DNA from: the human T2T-CHM13v2.0 reference genome, Homo sapiens
Assembly (NCBI RefSeq): GCF_009914755.1
Contig: NC_060936.1
Strand: one strand, 5' to 3'
DNA length: 64,000 nucleotides
Of this stretch, positions 43,871-57,741 are shown piece after piece. The position numbers and the translations under genes are program-made. Position 1 is the first letter of the stretch; every line of letters begins with the position of its first letter. The notes beneath the pieces are model-generated. The model searched no databases and was not told the DNA's origin. It saw only the letters and a list, made by a program, of their open reading frames with translations.

Positions 43871-45792
43871 AGTGTACAAACTCATGACATTTACAGATTT
43901 AACACTATGGTCTCAATTACATGCCAATGATCTAAAATCCATGAACGGTAGTACTTATAATTTTTCTGAAACAGGGATTTGAATGCACGTATAGCGATGC
44001 TGATACACTGAGATGAGTCACTTCCCTGGTGAATGAACCCAGCTGACCACTTGGTATTTAGTCTCAACCCAGCTGTCTTGTTTTCTGCTCCAAAGAGGTC
44101 ATTTAAATTGTTTGATTATATTTTATTGCCTGGCTTATGTAGCAGGCTCGCAATAAAATGTTTCTTAAAGCAATGAATAAAAGACTGCATTTTATAAAGA
44201 GTTATTTGCTGCAGAGGCATTTGAAAATATGAGCATTCAAAATTTCTCATGATGTCAGTCTTCATGAATGTTAACGGTCAGCTGTAGTTTCTATTAATAG
44301 AAAGGACCTCGGGTACAGAGGTAGAGTCCCCAGTGGTTTCTCCAAAGGGAATTTGAGCCAGACCCATTATTTTGTGGGGCTAAAAGGTAAGACTAAAACA
44401 GAGACTTAAAATTGTTGAATCAAATTCTTTCAGTTCTAAAACTAGTCCCTGAGATTAGGTTAGGGACTTTTGAAAACTCCAGCCCTTTCCAGTCTTCTGT
44501 GTCCTGTTCGATAAATTATTGCTTTAGGGATAAAAAATTTCATGCCTAGATGCTGTATGGTGTAATATGATCAGGATTCCCCTTCTAAATGTATGTATTT
44601 GACTTGGGCAAGGCACGTAGCCTCTCTAATTATTGGTTTCCTCATCGGTAAAATTGACAATGATGCCTGCTGCTAGAAAGGTTCTTGGAAGTTCACAGGA
44701 GCCCCCTGGGAAGTCTGGGTTGGGCACTCTCCAGGGTTCCTTCCCATCAGCCTCTCCTTCCTTCACGCACAACATTGCAGTTGTCTCTTGTTTGTGTGTG
44801 ACATTTCACATGAAGCTGTTAGCTCTGGGAGGGGTGGGAGAATGTCTTGCTCTCTTTTCTGTGCAGCTCCGTAAATATTTATTGAATGAATAAAATTGCA
44901 CAATGCGAATGTAAGCAACTGTTGTAATTTCATCTAGGAAGTCTGCTTCCTAATTTGATGGTATTAGTACTTCCTCGACTCTGGGCATGCTCTGACTTCC
45001 TGTATTTAGTTTTCTGACCCCCCAAAAAGGCAGATGGAGAATCCTTACAACCCACATCGAGGGGATTTTGGCACATGATTTCACTGTGCCAAAATGTTTA
45101 TTGGATTGGCATTTTCTGAGCAGGGATTGGGGTTAGCCTACCGTTGACGAAATCTGTTCTTTTTTGTACTTTTCTAATGGAATACTCCAATCCAGTCTCT
45201 CACTCAGGGTTAAATAACAAACCTATAGAATAAACATTAAATAATATAGCCATGGGAAGGGCCAGCACAATCTATGGCTCATAGTGAGTTTCACGAATGC
45301 TGGTTTTACTGCCCCCCTTGCAAACCTTCCAAACCCAGTTTAGTATTTCTGCTACTGATGATTTTCCTATCTGACTTTGCTGAAGATATTTATGACTCGA
45401 GCAGGCTTCTCTCCATAGTAGTCATAAATGAGATTCACCTTGGCCTCACCTTTCTAAATTTTGTGTTGGCTTTAGTCCACCCAATGGTGGATTGAAAGCC
45501 AAAGGTGACTCAGGGCAATGTTGGATCTAAAGATTGATTTTTGCAAGTTCCCTGGACGGGGTCCTCACAGTGGGTGGGGCTGACAGCCTTTTGTATGTGT
45601 CTCCCTTTCCTGATAGAGTGTGGGAATGTGTTATCTGGCTCCTGGCAAAGCCCGCTTGCTTGTCTCTCTTGCCACGTGATAGCCTCTTCCTGGGCTCCAC
45701 AAAGACCACACACTCCCTTCCTGCTCAAAAACTTGCCCCTGTTAGCCAAACCAATGTACTCAGCTCAATGGAGAAAGTAGGGGAGGTTGTCT

Positions 45793-45794
<2 letters not shown>

Positions 45795-45842
<48 letters not shown>
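45795..45842. repeat. (TG)24 microsatellite
   Basis: Uninterrupted TG run. Confidence 0.98.
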
Positions 45843-45845
<3 letters not shown>

Positions 45846-47359
45846 ACAGTATACATCAACGAGAGGGCTGTCATTGGATTTTGTATTGGGTCCCATTTTA
45901 ACTTGTTGCATTATGTCACTGCCCCTACACTGTAACAAGGATCATTGTTTTGAAGACTGGCTTCTCAGGGCTTTTGTTAAGCTAAAAATAATAAAGATTA
46001 TAAGAAATTATTGAAGTAGAATTGGGAAAGTCCACGACTCTGAGACTGCTTTTAATGCAATAAAGCATTCACTTGCTATAATATTTTATTGTTTTGTTCT
46101 CCCCAAAGCACAATTTACAATGGTTTTGTTAAAGGGTTTCAAGTCATTTTGGTAAGTGATCTTTTGTTTTTGTGTCTTGTAATTACCCAGATCAGTTTTT
46201 CCTTGACTTCAACTCATCTTAAAAATTTTCAAAGGCTGTGCCAGGATGGCTTAGTGGGCACCAGGTTTCTTGCTAAAAAGCCAGAAAACCACTATATATT
46301 TGTTCTGGGGAATTGTAAAACATTAAAAGGTGTAAGGGAGTGTTCTTCTGGGGCCCTAAACCAGTTGCATGCTCTCTCCTAAGCCTAAACCCAAGGCTAT
46401 CTTTGGCACTGGAATGAAAAAGCATCATGCCAGAGAAAATTATGCTGAAGTCTTTCTTGGGGACTTGACACAACCAGGCTGACACTTCATGAGGAAAGCC
46501 TTGTGATTCTGGAGACTTTGCCTGGGGCTGTTTACACAGCCTTCTTTTAAAGACACAGGCCCTTCTAGGGGAAATGCTCAGTGTCCTTGGAACTCCTCAA
46601 ACCTTTTCACTGTAAGCAAGTTGCAGGCTTTCTTATGGGCATGGAGTCAAGTAAATACACACTTTAAAATGAATTTCTGATGTCCACTCATGAATGTTTC
46701 ATGTCTGCAAGACATAACATTTTTTTGGAGAGCAGAGGTCTGGTGTAACCACATTTTCGAGGTTGCTTCATTGTTGTAAAACTTGATCTGCAATCCTGTG
46801 ACACGTGTCCCCAGGGGGAAAAAAACAATGAACACCCATTGTTCCATCAATCATGGATAATCAAGTCCAGTTGCACAACGAGTGCATTGTGCAGAAGAGG
46901 AAGCAGTAGCCTAGACAGTGTACCTGTCTTGCTTAGGATCCCCCAGAGCTTTGATCTCTCCCCTCTATTGTCTTCTCTAGCTGTTCCCCACCTCCTGCAA
47001 GCCCAGCCCTGTCTTCGTCTCTAGGACTAAACCGCACCTTAGAGACATTAAGGAGCTCCACCCCAGACCCTGAGGCTCAGAGTCAAGTCACTGTTTCTGC
47101 TGGGTTGGCTTTGAGTCTGCCTTAGACTTTGCACCCCAGCTATGAAAACTGACCTTCTGAGACTCTGCCCTTGTTTCTCATCCAGTCCCTGTATTTGTGT
47201 TCCATCTTGTTCCCATGTGCCTGACTCCTCACCAAGGTCACCCAGGGCCATACTTTCTCCACAAGGGGTCCTTTCCTGATCCTGCTAGTTTCCTTTCTAG
47301 TGCCTGGAGCCTTTTACTGGGCACAGGCAGGTGACACAAGCTCTGATTTAAAATAACGA

Positions 47360-47540
47360 TGATAACGATAAAGACAGTAGTTAACATTTATGAAGTGCTT
47401 ACTATGTGCTGGGCACTGCACTTTGCATATGTCATCCTATTTAATCTTCACAGATATGCTATAAAGTAGATATTACTGATATCTCCACTTTTCATTGGAT
47501 AAACTGAGGCTCAAAAAAGTTGAATACCTTTCTAATCATG
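47360..47540 (-). mobile_element. MIR SINE
   Basis: taacatttatgaagtgcttactatgtgctgggcactg...tttaatcttcaca...aaactgaggctca. Confidence 0.85.
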
Positions 47541-47763
47541 ACTGTGCTTTTCAGTAGGGAGCCCCTTGCTGAGATGAGAATGCAGCCTTTACTCTAAGAC
47601 ATTGCACTTTTGTGCTGTGTGAAGACAGAATTTTCTTACGCTCAATGCCTGTCCAGATTGCCAAGTGCCACCCCCTCCTGAGTCCCCTGTAGCTCTGCTC
47701 TATCTCCTGTTGCGGCACCTAGACTCCATGTCAGGTCTCTCTGGTGAGGCATCCTGATGCTGA

Positions 47764-48492
47764 TGAAACCACTTTTGCAAAATTATATCAGAGAAATCTG
47801 ACATGGTTGACTCCATCTCGCTTCTGACTGCTAAGCTATCCTCAGTCATTTCTGGGCACGTGCCAAACTAACTTTGGGAGGAATTTAGTTTATAGTTTAT
47901 CCTTAAAGCAAGGATGATAATAGCCCTTCCCAAAACTAAAATGTCTTCAGAAAACTAATGAGAGGCCACAAGGTTAGGATTATGAGAGGTGTCTGAATTC
48001 TGCTAAGATATAGATGTAGTATCTATAATCCTTTACTGCTCAGGAGTCATGAGGCCAGAGGTCACAAGATTTGTGACTTCTCCAATTGCTCCTATGGATA
48101 ACATCATTGTAGAATCTAAGATTGGTCTTTTGAGACTTTTTTAGACTTTTTGGCAACTGACTGACCCTGCCTGGACATGTAACTCATGACTCAACCGGTC
48201 CTGTAGCCTCGCCCAGTGGTGAGGACTCAGTGGACAAGGACTTTCTCCACACTTCTATGACTTCATTCCCTAACCAATCAGCAGCACACATTCCCTAGCC
48301 CCTGTCCCACCACATTGTCCATAAAAACTCTAACCTCCAAGCCTTCGGGGAGACTGATTTGTGATTTGAGTGGTAACTCTGTCTTGCGTGTGGCTGGCCT
48401 CACATCAGTTAAACTCTTTCTCTGCTGCAATGCCTCAGTCTCAGTGAATTGATTTTGTGCAGCAGTCAGGAAGAACCCGAATGGTGATTATG
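47764..48492 (+). mobile_element. ERV1 solo LTR, LTR8/LTR8A-like
   Basis: tgaaaccacttttgcaaaattat...aactaactttgggaggaatttagtttatagttta...gaagaaccc. 4-bp TSD ctga (47760-47763 / 48493-48496). Confidence 0.85.
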
Positions 48493-49438
48493 CTGACAGC
48501 CCTACTGGGCCACAACTGTTGTCTATTGCCTGGCACTTTGGATACTGCTCTGCTTCCTGGAATGGACTTCTTCCCGTCACAATCACCTGTCAGGGCCAGT
48601 TTCACCTCAGCCCCCTGAGTCTTCCCTGTTCTATTATTGTTGATTTGGCTTTGCCCTTGGTATGATGGTATTTAGCTTGCAAGGGACTGAATTGGGTAGT
48701 GGGAAAAGAGATGGAGATTTAGCTTGAAGCCAGCATTCAAATCATACAGAGAAAAAACCCACAATTTTAAATGATATCAATGGCTCCTTTGCATTATAGG
48801 AAGGAAAGAAAATTTAGGAAGTAACTCTTAAAGTTCAGGAACACAATTTCTAGAGATCTTTCTAGAATACTCATAGATAACTTCGTAAGTTTTCCATAAC
48901 TGATTATATTGTAAACATTTTAGATGTTCTGAAAAAAACTTGCTTTTTTTCCATCTAAATATGGTAAAATTATCCCTTATCTCTTACAGTTATAATAAAT
49001 TTAGTCCAGAATTACTCAAAACTAAACTCTTGGTCCATCATTTAAGCTCGAATCAGATTGTACCTATATGAATGCCTGTGTACGTGTTCCCAGCTGTCTG
49101 TTCACGTCTACATATGTTCTCACAATGCTTAAGTTTTATCCCAAATATCTAAATCTCCTGTATCAGTCCCATAGAATTTGGGCCACTTCCGACACCTGAT
49201 CCCTCTCTTCCCCACAAAGAACCTCAGTGCCTTATATATCTGCACTTTTTAAATGTTTTGCACATAGTTCTATTTACTCGGACATCTGCATCCCATCCTC
49301 TTCACCTTGACTTGTCTCTGCAGTTTTTAGTTGGGTGGCTTTTTGTTAGTCACTCTATGCCTCCATGACACTGTCAATAAGGTGGGGAATAATAACCTTA
49401 CACAGAGTGCTTACAGGAGTGATTGGCCTATAGGAAGT

Positions 49439-49883
49439 TGTGGGGGGTAAAGAAACTCCATCTTGGATGCTAATCTACCATGTTGACTTCTGATTGACCC
49501 CAGATCTGGGAAGGCCTCTAAGATTTCCAGTTTATCTATTGTTCATGTTCTTACTGTAAATCCTGCCCTTAGGTCAAAATGACCTTGATGTTATTGTACT
49601 TAATATAAATCCTGCCTTTGAGCATCTGTCCTACACATTCCTCCCCTATCCTATAAGAGCTCTGGGTCTGATGGGTAATGTCCGGGGATGCACCATTTTG
49701 TCTAACCACCCCCTAAGACACAGACATAGCTTCTGTTCGTAAGTCCCCATTAAATGTGTGTTTTTTTTTTTGTTTTTTGTTTTTTTTTTTCTGAGAAACT
49801 GGATATGTGAGTCTCTTTCTTTGGTCTCTCAGTTTCCTCAGACTTTGTGGGTAGGTTTTCATAGTCCCACTCACATTGGAATA
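49439..49883 (+). mobile_element. ERV1 solo LTR, MER31-like, inserted in a MIR tail
   Basis: actccatcttggatgctaatctaccatgttgacttctgatt...attaaatg...ctgagaaactggat. Flanked by gaagt direct repeats. Confidence 0.8.
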
Positions 49884-49999
49884 GAAGTGCTCAATACTGT
49901 CTGGCTAAATGTTCTCTCCACCACAAACAGGTAACTCTTTAAGAACTGTTCCGTCTCTACTATATGGGCAAAGGACCTCAAATTATGGGTACAATGAGA

Positions 50000-50170
50000 C
50001 TAATACCATTTTCTGAGCACCTTCTCAGCTTTAGCCTCACTACTAAGCACCTCATATTAATTATTTCACTTAATCCTCACAATGACCACAAAGAGGCAGA
50101 TGTCATCACCCCTGTTTATGGACAATGAGTTTGGGGGTTCAGAGAGGATAAATAAGTTGCTTCTCAGAGA
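50000..50170 (-). mobile_element. MIR SINE
   Basis: ctgagcacctt...ttaatcctcacaatgacc...ttcagagagg. Confidence 0.65.
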
Positions 50171-51524
50171 CCATGTCTTGGACCACTTTCTACACCTTGG
50201 GCTTGCTTGATGTGGTTGGTGTGGTTCTGCAGTATGTTTTTGGTTTCCATGTAAGATAAAGTTAGTGAAGCAGGAGCATTCTTTGGGGACACTGTAGTCT
50301 CCCCCAAACTTTTAACATTTTGGAGAATGTAGGAAGTTTTTGGTAATGTGGTTACAGAAGTATGTATTCCTTGTGGGTACTCCAGGAAAAAAAGGATTGT
50401 TAGAGTCCAGAGAAAGACCAGGGAATGATGACCATCATGGGATAATGTTAATAAAAAACCCAGATAATTTTGCAAAAGTAACTTATTTAGTTATGTTCAT
50501 GGGATGAATAATTGAGGACATTGGAAAAGGGCTGGAGATGCCTTGCAACCCCGTGACCTGAGAGTGAGAAACTGAATGACAGGGTGCCCTGGAAACTGTC
50601 TGTGATCCCCTCACTGTGGTGGCCCTGCCAAGACCCTGCAGCATGGGGTAGGGGGACTCCAAATCTTTAAGATTTGGAAAGGGTCTGGATGAAGTGGTCC
50701 TCAGGGGCTCTGCTGCGTATCTGATGGAGAAAGTGACAAGGCAGGGAATTGTGGGTTAATTTTACCACTACTTCCAAGGTAAATATTTATGATTAGTACT
50801 AAGACTTCTATTGGATAGATGGAAAGAAAAACAGAACATTTGACCCTAAATCCCTAACATCCAACTATTATTATTTCACAATTTCTACTATAGGTTCTAA
50901 AGAGAGAAGAGCAGAGGAAACAGTTTGGGTAAAAGTACCCAGTTTATTGGTATGGGGCTTTGGTCTCAAATCCTGGTGTGTGGAATGAGCTGGATTGGGG
51001 CATGTGTTAGCTGTGAGCATGCCCTTTGCCTGTCTAGGTTAAGGTGGAAGATTGATAGCTGAAAGATAGAGTCAAGATAGAATGAGAATAAGTCTAACTG
51101 GAGTCAGAGCCAAGAAAGCATAGTCCTAAAGACAAACTTGAAAGTGAGGGAATGCTATGCTCATAAATGAGAACAAGCATGAGATTGGCATCATAGAAAT
51201 CTCTGGCTTCTACTGTTGGACCTTGTTTAGTGCAGAACCACATCAGCTCAATGTTGGCATGCTCTCTGCTCAGGAGGTAGTGAGACCAGGTGGGAGAAAC
51301 CTTCCACTTTTCCCAGTAGCTGGAATGTGCCTAAAGCACTAATTAGAGCATTCTTAGAGTTCTTGCAGGAAAGTTTGTGTTCTCTGGGGCTCTAGATTTG
51401 AGTCGACTATAGTGGTTTTCACAATTTTTCTTATGTAATAAAATACTTCTTTTTGGCATAAAAATTTGTAGAGATCTAATATATAACCTGTTAAAAAGTA
51501 TTTCTGTTGGTATAAATTTATTTT

Positions 51525-51824
51525 ATTTTGTATTTTATTTTTTGAGATGGAGTCTTGCTCTGTCGCCCAGGCTGGAGTGCAGTGGCGCAATTTCGGCTCA
51601 CTGCAACCTCTGCCTCCCAGTTTGGGCAATTCTTCCATCTCACCCTCCTGAGTAGCTGAAATTACAGGTGCACACCACCAGGCCCAGCTGATTTTTGTAT
51701 TTTTAGTAGAGATGGGGTTTCACCATATTGATCAGGCTGATGTCGAATTCCTGACCTCAAGTGATCCTCCTGCCTTGGCCTCCCAAAGTGCTGGGATTAC
51801 AGGCATGAGCCACCGCACCCTGCC
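51525..51824 (-). mobile_element. AluS
   Basis: Full dimer. TSD ataaatttatttt / atgaatttatttt. Confidence 0.93.
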
Positions 51825-52278
51825 ATGAATTTATTTTGTAAATTCTAATGTGTAACACTTGGATGCACACCCTCTTTACAAGATACATAATAATAAGACA
51901 GAGGGAGAGAGACAGGGGAGGGGGGCAGATATCCACTTATTCAAAGGGAATCTGTAAACGAGATTTCCAAAATAAGTAAAAAGTTCGGTAACACAGTTAA
52001 AAAAGCAAGAATCCAAACATAAGTCTGTCCCATGGAGTAGTCTGAAGAAGACATTAACATAAATATGTTTAGATTTATAGTGAGATAGATTAAAGCATGA
52101 TTTTGTTTAAAAGAGCAAGAAATTATGAAACAATTCTCGTAAAAATGAAAAACATTGAGGTGGGGAGGGGTGCGGAAAAGAAAAGCTAAGAAAAATGGAG
52201 AATAGATTAAAAGACTAGAATATTCTTTAATAGGAATTCCAGAAGAATAAAATAGAGGGAATGCAACGGTGAAGAATC

Positions 52279-52566
52279 CTTCTTTCTTTCTTTCTCTTTC
52301 TTTCTTTCTTTCTTTTTCTTTCTTTCTTTCTTTCTTTCTTTTCTTTCTTTCTTTCTTTCTCTTTCTTTTCTCTCTTCTCTTCTCTTTTCTCTTCTTTCTT
52401 TTCTTTCCTCCCTTCCTTCCTTCTCTCTTTCTCTCTCTCTCTTTCTTTCTTTCTTTTCTCTCTCCTCTTCTCTTTTCTCTTCTTTCTTTCTTTTCTTTCC
52501 TCCCTTCCTTCCTTCTTTCTCTCTTTCTCTCTCTCTCTCTCTCTTTTTCTTTCTTTCTTTTTTTTC
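52279..52566. repeat. ~290-bp pure pyrimidine (CTTT/CT/CCTT) tract, expanded Alu tail
   Basis: Only C/T on +, with an internal higher-order repeat (ttttctttcctcccttccttccttct x2). Confidence 0.95.
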
Positions 52567-52848
52567 TGAGACAGAGTTTTACTCTGTTGCTCAGACTGGA
52601 GTGAAGTGGCATGATCTTGGCTCACTGCAACCTCCACCTCCCAGATTCAGATGATTCTCCTGCCTCAGCCTCCTGAGTAGCTGGAATTACAGGCTCCTGC
52701 CACTATGCCCAGCTAATTTTTGTATTTTTAGTAGAGACAAGTTTCACCATGTTGGCTAGGCTGATCTTGAACTGCTGGGCTCAAGTGATCCACCTGCCTC
52801 AGCCTCCCAAAATGCTGGGATTACAGGTGTGAGCTACCATGCCTGGTC
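52567..52848 (-). mobile_element. AluS
   Basis: Full dimer. Short TSD aagaatc on both sides, including the CT tract. Confidence 0.9.
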
Positions 52849-53536
52849 AAGAATCAGCATTCTAAAAGATGATCATAGAGAAATGTACTGAAATTGAGGA
52901 AGGACATGAGTCTTTGGATTGAAATTGTGCTCTGAGTACCAATGAGAATGAATAAAAGTAAATTCCTAAGTAGATACATGATGGTGAAACTGCAGAGTAT
53001 CAGGGATAAGGAATGAATCTTAACAGCTATCAATGAGAGAAGATTCTCACAAAGGAGTAGACATCAGACTAGCAGCAGACTTTACCTCAGCAACAACATA
53101 TGCCAGAAGGCAAAGGAGCAAGAGCTTCCATTTACTGAGGAGAAACAGTAACTACTATTTGTGTTTAAAACTAAGCTAAACCATTATTATAAAATGAAGC
53201 ATAGTTAGGTAATTTTGTCAAGGCCACAACATTGGTAAATAGTAGGGCCAGGCTTTGACTTCAGACAGTCTGACTCCAGAACCTGTGCTCTTAACCATTA
53301 TGCTATTAGGAACAAATAGGGACATATCCATAGTTACAATATGATCATATAAACGAGAAAATATCTATGAACAAGTTTGTGTCAGTAAGTTTGAAAATTT
53401 AGGGGAAATTACTATTTTTTTTAAAGAAAAAATAAACTATTAAGGATGTAAAAGGAAGTAGAAAACCTGATTAAATTTTAATTAATATAGATGTTTAATG
53501 AAAAGTCAAAGTTTTCTGTTTTAAAAAGTAAACAGG

Positions 53537-53890
<354 letters not shown>

Positions 53891-54746
53891 TTATGTTTTA
53901 TAAATAATTTCAGGGAGTAAAAAAGAGAAAACTTACTTTGCTCATGTTTTGGCACAGTAGAATTTTGCCAGAACAAGAGCAACATAGAAACTAACATTTT
54001 AGATCACTTATTTATGCACAAATGTTCACATTAAAAAAGTAACACCCCAAATAAGCTGATTCCAGCAGTAAAAATTAAACCAAGGCCATGGTCAGGAATA
54101 TGAAGATCCTTTATTATATCTAAAAATCTATTATAAAGTACATAAGCTATAGATTAACAAAATCAGATTGATCTTCAAAAGATGCAGACAAAGCATTTGA
54201 TGAAATTCAATAGCAATTCTTGATTACAAATATTATAAAATGGGGATGGAGAATATTTCCCAAATAAAATGTATCTATCATATATCTTCAGTAATTACCA
54301 TACTTAACAGTGAGACTTTAGAAACATGTCCATTAAAGTCAGGAAGAACTCAAGGGTGCCTAGTCAACATTTCTTTTCAACTTTGTATGAGTATTTTTTG
54401 TCAATGAAATGAGACAAGAAAAAGAAAAATGAATGAAAAGGGAAGAGATTAAAACTATTCTTCTTTGTGAATATAAGAGTAAAGAGAAATTTATAAGTAA
54501 ATTCATACAAATAATAAAAGAGTTTTTGCAAGGTTGTTGGCTGAAAGGTCAACATAAAAATATCAATAGCATTTGTATTAACAAACAGAAAATGCAGTAA
54601 ATTGAAAGCTTCCTTCTACAATAAGAACTAAAAATAGAACGTAGTTAAAAATAAAGTATGTGCAAAATTTTCAAGGAGAAAATTACAAAATATTGAAAGA
54701 CACAAAAGAAAGCTGAATAAATGGAGAGATCGGTAATGCTCATGAC

Positions 54747-55119
54747 TGATATGTTTTGGCTCTGTGTCCCCACTTAAATTTCACCTTGCATTGTAATCCC
54801 CAAAATCACCACGTGTCAAGGGCAGGACCAGGTGGAGGTCATTGAATCATGGGGCGGTTTCCCCTATACTGTTTTAGTGATAATGAGTGAGTATCACGAG
54901 ATCTGACGGTTTTTATAAGCGTCTGGCATTTCCCCTGCTTGCACTCATTCTCTCTCCTGCCGCCCTGTGAAGAGGAGCCTTCCACCATGACTGTAAGTTT
55001 CCTGAGGCCTCCCCAGCCATTGAAACTGTGAGTCCACTAAATCTCTTTTCTTTATAAATTACCCAGTCTCAGTTGGGTGTTCATAGCAGTTCATAGCAGT
55101 GTGAGAACAAACTGCTACA
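54747..55119 (+). mobile_element. THE1D-like solo LTR
   Basis: tgatatgttttggctctgtgtcccca...aactgtgagtcc...aactgctaca. 5-bp TSD atgac (54742-54746 / 55120-55124). Confidence 0.92.
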
Positions 55120-55672
55120 ATGACTAAGATAATTCAATATTGTAAAGATATCAGTTCTTCCCAAATTAACCCATATATTCAGTGTAATTCTAATCAAACT
55201 TTGTAAGAATATTTTGTGGTACTTGATTCTAAAATTAATACTAAATAGCAAATTGCGAAGAATAACAATGTGGGAGACTTGTCCTAGCAGATCTCAAAGT
55301 CTATTACACTTTAACAACGACCAGTTTGACCGATCAAAAAAACAGCCCAGAAGGAGATCCATGGGCGTATATGACAAAGGTTATCTTTAACATCAGTAGA
55401 AGGAAGGGGAGAGTATTTGATAAATTATGCTGAGACAAAAACTATTAAAAATTATGATGGGACAATTGGTTAGCCTTGTGTAAAAAAAGTACATTCTTAC
55501 CTCAAACTATGCACAAATAATTCCAGGCACACTTAAGTCCTAACTATGACATGAAAATATAAAGTTTTAGATGAAAATGTAGAAAAATACTTATATAACC
55601 TTAAAGTAGGTAAGAAATTTTCTCGAAATGCCACTAAAGGAATGAAGCATGGAAGAAGAGATTGATATTTTT

Positions 55673-55966
55673 AGGGGATAGAAAGGGATGATGAGAAGTT
55701 GGTTAAGGAGCACAAAAATACATTTAGATAGAAGGAATAAGTTTAGTATTTGATAGTACAATAGGAAAATTATAGTTAATTTATTGTATATTTCAAAATA
55801 GCTAGAAGATAAGAATCATTCCCAAAACAAAGACAAGATAAATGTTTGAGGTGATAAATATCCTAATTACACTGATTTCATTATTACACATTGTATACAG
55901 GTATTAAAATATGACACATATCTCCCAAATATGTACAACTGTTGTATATCAATAAAGCCAAAAAAA
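55673..55966 (+). mobile_element. L1MA-like 3' end
   Basis: ttagatagaaggaataag...ttgtatatttcaaaatagctagaaga...ataaatgtttgaggtgat. Degenerate TSD aagaagagattgatat / aagaataaattgatat. Confidence 0.8.
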
Positions 55967-57290
55967 AGAATAAATTGATATATTTGACTACATTAAAATT
56001 TAAAGTAAATGTTCAACAGAAGGTACTGTAAGAAGTTAAAAGACAAGCCACAGAATGGAAGGAGATACTTGTTATGCATATAACTAACAAAAAACTATGA
56101 AAGATAGTATGTATATAAGATCTCTTATAAATTAATGAGAAATAAGCAACCCAAAAGCAAATGGGCAAAAAAAAAGTAAAAGTTAATTCTAAGAAGAAGG
56201 AGTTAAAATGGACCATAAGCAAATGAAAAGATGTTCAAACTAGTAATTAGGGAAACACAAAATGAAAATGGAATACGATTTCACGTCCATCACATTGGCA
56301 AAACTAAACACCAAGTACTATTGGGGCTGTAGAGCAGTTGTAACTCTCATACAATGTTGAGAAGAACATACAACATTAGGGAGAACATTTTGAAGAGTAC
56401 TTTCTGCAACATCTTGTAATTTTCTATTGGAGTGCTTATTTTCTATGAAGCAGCTATTCCACTTCTAGATATATCTCTTAGAAAAGCCTAACACTTGTTA
56501 ATAAGTAGTTTTGTTTAAAGAAGTCTCATTAAAGTCTGCATTTTTTAAACAGAGGAGGTTAATGACCTCAATATCTATCAACAGGAGAACAAATGAATTA
56601 TGATATATTCATACAGTGGTGATTACTAACCCACCAGTTTAAAAATAATTAGAGCCACATGTATCAATATGAATAAATCTCAAAAAACAGACTTTAGCAA
56701 AAAGGTACAGAATAGTTATTGTATATACCGCATATGATATGTATGTTATTTATATATTGTTAAACATTACTGTATGTAACTATAGATACATATATGTTGT
56801 AGTATTATAAAAGCTGTATGAAAATGATAAACAGAATTCTTTAAAGAGGTTTTCTCTGGTGGGGAAGGAATAGAATAGGATTGGGAAATGACATGCTGGA
56901 ATTTTCAATTCTATCTGTAATGTTTTAATTCCAAACAAAGCAAAGTGTAACAATAAAGAGGCAATCAAATATTAGAAATTCTTTCAATGAGAAAAATAGA
57001 CTCTGAGTAAAAGTCTTAATATGTCACACCATGGCCTGATAGGTTCACCATGTGTTCTAGATGCAAAGTAGAGCACATTTTAACTAGCATTCTAGAGCAC
57101 TGATTTTCAAGTATTTTAGCAATATAGTATGCTAAACCCCAATATATAAAACAGATGACTGGTATTTTATGACTAAATATCTTTATGAAACATATATGAG
57201 TTTATGTGAAATATATATATATATATGTATATAATAGGAAGATGTAAAGAACTCCTATTATCGGTATTATCAGTAAGAAAAAGACAACTC

Positions 57291-57535
57291 GAAAACCAAA
57301 CATCGTATGTTCTCACCAACACGTGGGAGCTAAGCTATGAGGACACAAAGGTATAAGAATGATACAATGGACTTTGAGGACTTGAGGAGAAGAGTGGGAA
57401 AGGAGAGAGGGATAGAAGACTACAAATATGGTGCAGTGTATACTGCTCGGGTGATGGGTGCACCAGGATCTCACAAATCCCCACTAAAGAAGTTACTCTT
57501 GTGTACCCCAATAACTTATGGAAAAATAAAATAAT
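57291..57535 (+). mobile_element. L1PB-like 3' end, 5'-truncated
   Basis: gaaaaccaaacatcgtatgttctcac...gtgggagctaagctatgagga. Perfect TSD aaaaagacaactc (57278-57290 / 57536-57548). Confidence 0.9.
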
Positions 57536-57625
57536 AAAAAGACAACTCAATAGATAAATTCTCAAAGAGGATACCCAAATAGCCAACAAACATATAAAAA
57601 AGTGCTTAACCTCATTAGTCAGCAG

Positions 57626-57741
57626 TAGGGAGATCATATATCCCAGTTTGCCTATATTAGCCCCAGATTACGTTAGTTGCTCAGTTATTAAAAGCACACC
57701 TTTCATTTTCTGTTTAAAGGATACATTTTATGGTTGCCCTA
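57626..57741. mobile_element. MER96B-like hAT MITE
   Basis: Imperfect TIRs tagggagatcata / tatggttgcccta; internal tcccagtttgcc. Confidence 0.6.

Noticed and set aside
51941-52637. 223-aa and 136-aa K/E/R-rich ORFs, plus a 111-aa F/L/S-rich ORF
   Set aside because: These are translations of the CT-rich microsatellite and adjacent Alu.
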